Source: Phoronis australis (Eukaryota > Animalia > Phoronida). Taken from it: a DNA stretch of 64,000 bases. The stretch is from assembly GCA_002633005.1 (NCBI GenBank), contig NMRA01000330.1:310001-374000 (forward strand). The letters run 5' to 3'. Shown here piece by piece: positions 27,801 to 36,472 of the stretch (positions are counted from its first letter, which is position 1; each line of letters begins with the position of its first letter). The position numbers and the translations under genes are program-made. The notes under the pieces are model-generated. The model was not told the DNA's origin, made no database searches, and saw only the letters and a list, made by a program, of their open reading frames with translations.

Positions 27801-30800
27801 TTGAATATGCAAATCATGTTTTAAACAAAGCCCTTTAACTAGACAGTGCCACTGTCTTAACATCATATCCCCAGTTGCCGATTTGGGCAACTGAACGAAG
27901 GACTCCTCGGAAAAGTTTGATTACGGGAGTACTTGTTTGAGTTGGAAGAAATTAAAGACACCAACGGCCTCCTAAGGTGCCTCTCTAAGCGCAAAAGGTA
28001 CTTATAGCAAAGTGACATTAATGTTTTAATCAATACAAAGCAAAATTCGCCGAAAAGCTTGCAGTGTGTGGCCGCATGGGGGCAGCACCATCTCTACTGC
28101 TACGTAGAGACACTGATACAGTCTACACTTTCAACTTGACCAAAAAATTAACTACCAACACTGTGACCAATTATAGACACAGTTCACATAAAAGAAATTT
28201 CTTCTTTAAAAAAATGTACATTTCCTAGGGTCGACTGTAAAACACTTGATAGTTATGCTTTGGTTTGTGAAAAATCACACATATATGACACTGCTCACAA
28301 ATAAAGGGTTTAGAAGAAAAATGATGTAGTTTGATGTAGAGCAAGGACAAAGCATTCATATCAAACCATTCATATCACACCATTCATATCGCATCATTCG
28401 ATGGCTGAAAACAAAAAAAGTAAAGGAAACCAAATGCACAAAACAAACCCTGTAAATTTCGGCGTACTCTGTGACGATACTTGAACCATATTTGTGGAAA
28501 TGGGCGACAGAGTGGGGTTACAGAACGTCGTTAATGAACCGGATGACTCCATCTGGTGGCAGTTATCAAAATCACTACAGATGGCAGCACTGCGGTTCAG
28601 TTGTACAGGTGATGTGTTGGACCGACCGGTCTGTATTGGTGAAGCTAGATGTCTTGTTGAGAATAAAGGAACATTTTTACCTGAAAAGCACAAATGTTGG
28701 TGTAATGACTATGTTAAAGGAGCATGCCACCCAAAAAACAACCTAATTTGTATCAATTTAGATAGAGTAGTTCTACTCCATAACGACACGTGCGGTTGCG
28801 TTACCTGACACCTGACGGCAGACGGAGGTGTTGAAATTATCCAATGACGTCATCGGTTTCACACGCGTTCTGTTCAGTAGTTCACAACACGGGTTACTGG
28901 TGTCAGCTTATCGCTTGGAGTCATCGTTTATCACCAATAAATCATCAAACTTCGATGTAAAACCCTTAACAATACACCGAGTTCTTACAAAAACATGTTG
29001 TTTTATTTCGTTCTTACAGATTTATTGGTAATTGGACAAACCGTAGCCTACAAAATTCGGCAGGCCAATCAGGTCCGTAGCAGGAGTTTGGGGTGTGTTT
29101 GGAGATAATTTCGAAGTATTTTCCGTGAGATACAGACAGGAGAACCTAGATCTGTGTTGTTTAGACTTGTGATTTTCTGATTTCTAAACACAAAACGCTC
29201 GTTATCCTGGCCAGTGGCTCGGAAACTGATCACAAACACGAACAAACCAGCCAAAGTTCAGTGGAAACTAAGCTTCCAGTCAAGAAAAAAACTATACTAG
29301 TGAGCCAAAGTAATGTGCACGTGATTATGTTGGTGAATTAACCACGAAACTGCAAATCTACTTACTCGTCGGGGGCCGCCAATTCAGTTCCGCTTTGGCC
29401 ACAGCACCGTCAGGGCAGAAGTTGTACATTGACAATCATTATTTGAGTAATGTAAATGTAAATAAAGATTCCCCTAACACCTGGTCGTGNGTGTACATTG
29501 CTTTCTTCACTACCATGAGCCACTTCCTAAGCATTTCGGACTCTCGAGGAAGTAAAAAAAAACGATATACTCGCTTTCCTCGCAGCTGCTTAGTTCGGAC
29601 AAGCGGGAACGATACACCGCAACATAGCGGCATTCACTATGCATATGAACCACTGACGTCGCTAGCGTCGTTTCTCACCTTCCTCACAGGTAAATGCGAA
29701 ACCTCTTGGCAAGGTAATGTCAACCGTACGCGAGGCGATGTGGAAATAGACCGATTAAGACGGCAAAAAAGACTAATTAAATCGGGTGGCATTAGCCTTT
29801 AACATAACTGTATATCTTCATTAACATGGTGACTGTGTTAACATTACTGTATATCTTCATTAACACGGTAGCACCTCATGAAATTTTAAAGTTAAAACAA
29901 GCCCCTTGCCAAGAACAAAATGACAACTAAGGGAGGCTGCAGTGGTTGACTCCGCCCAAAAACTGATTAGTGCGTTGTCACCACATACCTTTGTGTCAAG
30001 TTTCGTTGAAATCTGTTCATCGATTCTCTAGATATCAGCCGAAAACACTATTCCCCTTAAAACACTGAAAAGTCTCATCTCTCTCACCCTGGGGAGTAAG
30101 TCAGATTGAAAAGTCACAAGTGTGGCCCCAGTGATGGTGTACACCCTAGAGGCAAATTTCATCAAGAACTGACCGAGGATTAATGAGATATTAGGCAGAC
30201 AACTGGACAACTAGAAAATAAGGCCACTAGGGACTGCAGTAGTACCCGACATTGCCCGAAAAATGACCGATACTGGCACAATGCCGTCCCATACTGCTGT
30301 GTCGAGTTTCACTGAAATCTGGCAATAGGTTGCCTAGATATCATCTATAATTATTTTTGGTGCGTCCCTGCGAATGGGCATGAGCTGTCTTCAACATCTC
30401 TCGTGGCGCTTTTTATTGCCCATCTTTCCAGAGATTATTATTCTATTTTTATGTTATTTGTACACTCATATTTCTATACCTTATCAGTCATAATAAATGA
30501 CCTTATATCGCCTGTACACAGTCTTCTTTGTATCTCTGGAAACGGAGCTTGCAACGCACCTATCATTTTCGGGACATATTCCGAACATAAATATAATTAA
30601 TATACTGTAAAAGCCCCCGGTGGAGACCAAAGCGGACACTGCTGCAGAGGTCGAATCCGTCTAAAAAACGACTGGTGGAGGTGCATTTTTGTCACATACC
30701 TCTGTATCAAGTTTCAATCAAATCTGTCAATGAATTGGTTCTTTAGATATCATGTGGAAAATGGAACTTCCCCAAAAATACAGGCTGAAAAGCCCCTTGA

Positions 30801-33800
30801 TGAGCTTGGTCATATAGTGTTGCCCTACAGTTGTGCCATCATCAAAATCTGACAAGGAGTTTTTGAGATATCGAGACCAAGACAGAATGACGACACTATG
30901 CAACCACATACACATGTGGGTGCATAAAAATAGTATTTAGATATCAATTTTTAGTTTGTGAAATTACATACTAGATAATGGCAGAAGCATGTTCTGTGCA
31001 TCAAAATTAAATAAAATACCTGACAATAATTATATGCACTTTCCAGACACGAAAATTAACTCAAATTTTGTGTCTTTCGTTAGTTGTCTACAAAAGTTAA
31101 GTCTGCAGGGTTTGTCAGCCATAGAGTTTTAACTGAGAACTCTGCTGTCAAAATTGAAGACTTCGAACTGATACAAGTGAATATAGTTCAACATTTTCAG
31201 AGGAAGGTCCGCCAGGGATACTCCTCTCCCATACTCTCTCCAGGACATTAACACTTCGCTCACATCAAATCAAAGGAAAGCACTGCCGAACTGCATTACT
31301 TACCTTGTTTAGTTTCACTTGACTCAACTATTGTGCACAGAAACTTCCCAAGGGATGCTAGCAGACTGTTATCAGCAGCAAAATGGAAGGTCTCACCTGA
31401 AATTGGGAAAATAAGAATTGTCCGTCACAGTTTCTACAAGCTTCAGATTGCTCTATCAAAAGAAATGCCCGCTGTGCCCTTAACAAAACAGTTTTCTTTC
31501 AAAGTTGCATTTCGCCCATCTAGATGTCAGCGTTGACTTCCCAAACGAAATGCTTTGGGGTTTAAAAACATAACCAAGCTGACCCGGTCTTAAATCACTT
31601 CTAAATAAGCTACCAACTCAAGTTACACCCAATGAGTAAAATGTAAGTTATTCCTGATCAAACCTCACACAATTCTGGATAAAAAGCCCAACTCAAGAAT
31701 TATGCACAAGAACTCCTGTACACTTGCACACACTATTTGGGTTCGAGCAAATAAACAAGATGAGAGAAAACAGAATCTAAAATTATTTCTCTGAAATCAC
31801 GTGCAGTAAACCGTTTCGGCGTTTGTGTTTGTGCGAACAGTCGTTTACAATAAGCAACTGGAGATCAGCACAATTACGTGACAATTTCAGAAATAATAGT
31901 ACACATAACTAAAACAAAGAGTATTGCGTTACACTGACATTTATTTTGTACATGAAGCAAACTAATCCCTACAGTAACAGAAATTCAGCGAAAATTCAGT
32001 CTGCTTACCCGTAGCACGCTTCTGATCCACAAACGGGTGGCCCGTTTGCGGATGACATCACGAACACACATTTTGCTTACGTCATCCCTAAAACGCGCAG
32101 ATCAACATAACGCGCAGAACTCAAGCACTATTTTCGAATCAGCAATTTTAGGGTTGGCAACTCCAGTAGAGTATAAAGCTTTTTTTAAACTGTGATGTTC
32201 TCGTGGGTAACAAAAAAAGAATTCTATAAAGGTAAGAAATACGAGACCCATTTTATTAAAAGGTCTAATTCAATTTTCGTTTTTAGGCAGCTGACTTGGA
32301 CAAAATGTAGCTATAACAAAGTTAATACTCAATATTGATTTTAAGCTTGTGCAAAATTAAATTCATGGAGCTAATCTCTCCATGGTTTTACATGAGGTTA
32401 TTTTTATGCCAGTCAAATAGAACAGAGTGTAGCCATTTATGACTTACCAGACTTGAAATCAATGACAACTCTACTCTTAGCGGTCACTTTCTGCACCCGC
32501 TCTGCTGAAATCTAAAAACAAAAATTTTACTGAAAGACAAACTGGTAAAATAAAGAACTATTTGCATACATTTTCAGTTTCAAACTAAACTTGCATCGAT
32601 TTTGAACACACGATTGTCAGTATAATGTGTACCATAGATATTTTAGTTAAAAAGAATACTTCATCATTTCTGTAATTCCCCAAGACTGTGCAAAAATGAG
32701 TACCACTTAGTGATGTAAATGACAATATTGTTTACTGGCAACAGATTACGTGACATGGCCAAATGCATATAAATTTTGCCTTGATGGTGTTCTGTTCATA
32801 CAACTAAAGCATACCACATGGGGTCTAGTCCTATCTTCAACGCCTATTTTTGTAGTGAGCACGTATTGGCCATCATTTCTCATGGACAAACAGACAGTGC
32901 CCGCCTTCCAGGAAGGTTGACTTCCTGACTTGACATATTTCAGTTTTCCACAGAACACTTTGTTCAGAACATCTGAAAGAAATAAAAAGTCAATGTGAGT
33001 GAACAGTAATGGCAGTGGTCCCTTGACTATTCATATTACAGAATGACTGACCATTCATATAACAAAAACCACGTTTGACTTTCCTAGGTCACAAAAACGG
33101 AAGAGTGATGCACGTAAATGACGTTCATCAGGCTGCGTTTCATAAACGACAAAGATAAGGTAGGCCGTAGGCGTCACTTGAATGTTGAAGTTGGTAAACC
33201 TTGTGCATACTAGTAAGGTGCCTTACAATTTAGGTTTACTTTTGTTGCAAGCAGGGGAGATTATCTAGAGCTTAACACATGGCTCTTATGCACCATTTGT
33301 AATAAAGGGAATGGAATGTCTTGCTTGCCAGCTGTGTCATGATCTATTGGGAGTCTCGTGATTTACTTGTCGATGAATGGCTACCCCGTGACTGGCTTCT
33401 AGCCTTTCGACTGGAATCATTCAATGACAGTGAAATTTAAACCTTGGATTTCGGTTCGCCGGTAATAAAGTACTCAAAACTACAAACGAAGAGCAGTCAT
33501 TTCTGGTAATTTTTTTGTGTACTGTGCGCAATCTTGTGAAAAAAGCGGCTAGAAATAATCAGCAAACACAGATTCAGCCAACAGATAGCGCTCAATTTCA
33601 TGGCGCTCAAAGTTGATGCAAATGGTCGCTCCACAACCTTCATAACAAAATTACATACTATTCTTTTCAAGGCAGTAACCAACTAAATAGAGGAAAAGTG
33701 CACTTCCTTATGTCATTGAGTTTGTGCAAGACCTTGTACCTATTGATCACTTTTTACCTAAATCATTCCAAAGCCGTATATTTATATTTTTACAATGCCT

Positions 33801-35889
33801 GCGCCAGGGAATATGACATTATATCTTCAAGTATAAAATGGCTATTTGCTGTCTTGGGTAACTGAACGAGGGACTGTTCGAAAAAAAAGTTTGATTGTGG
33901 GTGTATTTGTTGAAGCTGAGAAGAGTTAAAAACATTAAAACCTTCTAAGGTGTCCATCTATGCACAAAAGTTCCTTAAATAGTAATGTGTTGCTGAAAAG
34001 CTTCCAATGTATGGAGGGCCTATGGGTGGGTCATCTCCACTACCAGTAGCAACGGTGGTACTCTCTAGCCTATTCCCTAGACAGTACCACCGTCTCTACT
34101 TAGCAGTAGTGGTGGAGATGCACCCACGGCACAGCTAGGGCCTCCATATGCCGGAAGCTTTTTTCGGCGAGTTATGCCTCACACTGATTATACCACCATG
34201 TTGCTACAAGTACCTTTTGCATTGTTTTTAACTTAGATGGTTGTAACGAGCAAGGTGAGTGTCCGTTGACTCCCAGAGTTTGCATGCACCCCCGGCCCCG
34301 CCGCTGATCTTTACTTTATGTTTAGCTAATTACCGTACACATTGATATAAGTTTCACGATGAGGTGACGAGCAGAACTACCCAGGCTGGGTGAAATTTCG
34401 GGTTCTGCCGGAGCTGACCGCACAGTGGTACCTAGCTGTATTTTGACGATGGTCTACAGCTAGCTGGCTGGCTAGGGAGTAGGTTAGACAGTGTCTAGTC
34501 TAGTAAATAGCCAGCCAGCTAGCTGTATGAAGACTGCTGTCAAAATACAGCTAGGTACCACAGTGTGCATTTTTTCTATACACCCCGAAATTGCACACAG
34601 CCAGGGTAGTTCTGCTTGTCACCTCGCCGGGAAACTTGTATTGACATGTAAAGCTAAAGACTGGACGGGGTGCATGAAAAATCTGGGAATCAACTGACAC
34701 TTACCTTGCCCGACACAGCCGCTTAAGTGAAAAACAATGCAATAAACGTCATTTTCATGCGTAACTTTCCACCTTTTCTAACAATGAAAAGTATGTCATC
34801 GTTTTGAAAACAGTACGGTCGTGTCACACGCACGTGCCATTTCCTAAATTTTTGCGACATCTCTCGGGAGATGATGATAGCTTAGCAGCAGCAAAATTTG
34901 ATCTAAAATTCGGTTTTTCGGTATCAAAATTCTAAAAACTTATAATGAAGTGAAACCAACTCCAATAATTTGTTGTGACCTGTACGCAATGTCGCAGAAT
35001 GTGTTATTGTGTTTTTGCTTCATTTAGTTTAGTCATCATATTACATCACTTACTGTTGTTGTTTACTACCACTTTCTCCGCATGCAGAAGATGAGTAATA
35101 CATCCTATTCCTAGAACTGTTTACTTGTCAGCATAGTGCATCCTTTATTTGTTCATTTATTTGATTGGTTAATTTGTGTTTCTTTGGTCTCTATATATAC
35201 ATCACTTTCACTTATATTTTAAGTAGTAGCTTCAGTAGTTTTATGAGTTGATTAGTAGTTGTTCTCCGCATTGAGAGTTGCTCTCATCATTCATTGACAG
35301 TCTTCAATATACTAGTCGAGACTCATCGCTTGTTCTTGCATACAAACCACCTCGTACACAGCCGAACCGCATTTTTCAGAGTACCCCACACACGCAACCT
35401 CGTGAAAGAACAACAGTTGATTGAAGAATCGGCGAAAAAAGAAACTGGCCAATAGGTGACGCAGTTTTTCATGGTGCCGAATGCCGTCGCTAAAGATCGC
35501 TCCACAACTTTAGCAGCAGAATAATGGTATAACGCCATTTTTTCCAACACCGTTAAATAATTTAGTTTACTCAAGGAAGACTGTAGTTTTTAATTACACT
35601 AATTTTGTGACAGATTCTATCTTACCACTTTTTTACCCACATCGGTGCAAAGCTGTACATTTTATAAATATAGCTTTGTACCAAGGCCCAGGGCTACCTA
35701 CTCACCAGTCCCACCATTTGCATCAGACGTCCTCACATCTTTCGATTGAATCTAAAGTAATTGGACTAAAATTGACCTAAATTTCTATTCATTGAAGTAA
35801 CCAGGTCATTGAAATTGGTTTTCCAATGTTTTCTCTGTACTTTTAGCGGAAAATATCTTACCATTAGCAGATTTTTTCTCTGGCAACAT
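14164..35889 (-). CDS. USP37: Ubiquitin carboxyl-terminal hydrolase 37-like (USP37/26/29 family), ~839 aa, 22 coding exons
   Basis: Exons 5'->3': 35889-35862 (MLPEKKSAN, least certain), 32972-32815, 32511-32448, 31396-31304, 28680-28449, 26652-26539 (contains KEN), 25552-25415, 24664-24533, 24260-24126 (Cys box GFSNLGNTCYMNAILQSL), 23669-23543, 22954-22761 (QHDAHEFLSQVLDQL across the junction), 22047-21982, 21599-21468, 21026-20865 (ILILHLKRY), 20216-20151, 19806-19674, 19178-19068 (UIM DEEEQLAKAIQMS), 18183-18108 (UIM EEDEQLKKALELS), 17535-17414, 16627-16558, 15590-15452 (His box SHIGSMSSAGHYVSDVYD), 14191-14164 (stop). All introns are GT-AG with consistent phases, total 2520 nt. UIMs inserted in the catalytic domain plus an N-terminal PH-like region are typical of USP37. 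Confidence 0.92.
15220..15450. repeat. 24-bp minisatellite abutting a USP37 splice donor (haplotype copy at 13530-13750)
   Basis: (ATCTATATATACCACGTGTCACAT/CA)n. Confidence 0.9.
15715..16420. mobile_element. Interspersed element with ~140-bp internal subunits (HINE/Helentron-like), copy A
   Basis: Repeated GCCACTAGGTGGCAC-type motifs (15760, 15898, 16089) followed by AAATT..TCATGAAATT-type segments; homologous in reverse to 50130-50910. The family assignment is inference. Confidence 0.5.
16944..17311. mobile_element. hAT-like MITE with 6-bp TSD
   Basis: TIR CAGGGTTTGGAAT / ATTCCAAGCCCTG; direct repeat GATAGT at 16938-16943 and 17312-17317; subterminal CGCGGAAA repeats; internal N at 16995. 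Confidence 0.8.
18767..18841. repeat. (TA)n microsatellite
   Basis: About 37 TA units. Confidence 0.95.
20341..20445. repeat. 20-bp minisatellite
   Basis: (TACCACGGTACAGGTTACAT)x5. Confidence 0.9.
22088..22497. repeat. ~38-bp minisatellite, partly duplicated across the N at 22311
   Basis: (GGTCTGCTGTCTCATTACAGTACAGTTAATATAACAYA)n. Confidence 0.9.
25908..26491 (+). mobile_element. Solo-LTR-like element in a USP37 intron (antisense to the gene)
   Basis: TGT..ACA ends, CCAAT/ATTGG boxes, AATAAA ~40 nt before the 3' end; flanked by the direct repeat CTAATAGT (25900-25907, 26492-26499). Confidence 0.55.
27870..28125. mobile_element. Fragment of the same family as the 33.8-34.2 kb foldback
   Basis: GGGCAACTGAACGAAGGACT..AAAAGTTTGATT matches 33856 onward; CAAAAGGTACTTATAGCAA..CTACTGCTACGTAGAGAC..GTCTA matches the reverse complement of 34080-34220. 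Confidence 0.6.
28718..29798 (-). mobile_element. Second Kolobok-type non-autonomous element (short TIR, THAP remnant) in a USP37 intron
   Basis: TTAA flanks (28714-28717, 29799-29802); 15-bp imperfect TIR AGGAGCATGCCACCC / AGGCTAATGCCACCC. A frameshifted THAP start lies on - from 29633 (MPLCC/CIVPACPN..ISFF/LPRESEMLRKWL), cut by the N at 29490. Confidence 0.8.
29910..30930. mobile_element. DINE/HINE-like interspersed repeat
   Basis: Recurring TGTGTCAAGTTTC..AAATCTG..TAGATATC units at ~29990, 30300 and 30700, plus an ACAGA/GACA-rich 3' segment. Confidence 0.4.
33961..34742. repeat. Two abutting long imperfect palindromes (foldback) in USP37 intron 1
   Basis: Hairpin 1 (~33961-34221): GAAAAGCTTCC..GGAAGCTTTT, centre CTCTA-gcctattccc-TAGAC. 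Hairpin 2 (34217-34742): TTGCATTGTTTTT..AAAAACAATGCAA, with GGTACCTAGCTGTATTTTGAC paired to GTCAAAATACAGCTAGGTACC and centre ~34490. Confidence 0.85.
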
Positions 35890-36472
35890 CCCGACGAAAA
35901 TTAACAAATTTCGCGGGATTACGAATCGGAAGCTTTCGTGTATTTCCGCTTGTGCGCCCTCTGGTGGAAAAGTGGAAGCCATATTTGTATACAGACGGGA
36001 TATGAAAGAAAGCCGGAGAAACGTCAAACTTGCAATCATGTTGAAACTACTATGAACTGTTGCCTATTGCCGCCGTGGACGTCTAACCAGCTAACAATTT
36101 CTGGCATTGGTTGGCGCGCTGGATGCTCATACAAAGAATCTTTGCAATTTCGGGGCAGATGAGTCAAGATTCCTGTTACCATTTTCTCTCTGGTCTTCAG
36201 TTGACTTACCAACTATAGACTAGTCACTTCTGCTGGACTGTTTTTGTTCTCTCAGGCAGAACCCCCTGTTTAGACTTAGGTTGGATTTGGTTTGGTACAA
36301 TGTGCGACCGTATTAAATTCACCACTTAACCCTGTATGCATGTATGCAACAGTTCGGCTCTCCATGAAAAGTGAGATGATATGTTAATCTGCAACCTGGT
36401 CGATTATTGCCGACCCGAGACAAGCCAGTAGTTGGCATCTTGTGACTTTTTCTTTAGAATTTTAAACTCATT
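35890..36472. promoter_or_regulatory. Putative bidirectional promoter between USP37 and CCNY
   Basis: Divergent start codons are 583 bp apart and the region is locally CpG-richer. Motifs: E2F-like TTTCGCGG (35909-35916) and TTGGCGCG (36111-36118), ETS-like ATTTCCGC (35942-35949), CTCF-like GCGCCCTCTGGTGG (35954-35967), reverse CCAAT at ~36106. Confidence 0.6.

Noticed and set aside
32025-32053. GC-rich 12-bp hairpin (possible Helitron end or terminator)
   Set aside because: No CTRR terminus or other support nearby; probably internal to a decayed MITE.
35890-36039. Longer USP37 N-terminus from upstream in-frame ATGs (e.g. MASTFPPEG)
   Set aside because: It overlaps the promoter-like motifs and has no homology support; it cannot be excluded without TSS data but was not adopted.
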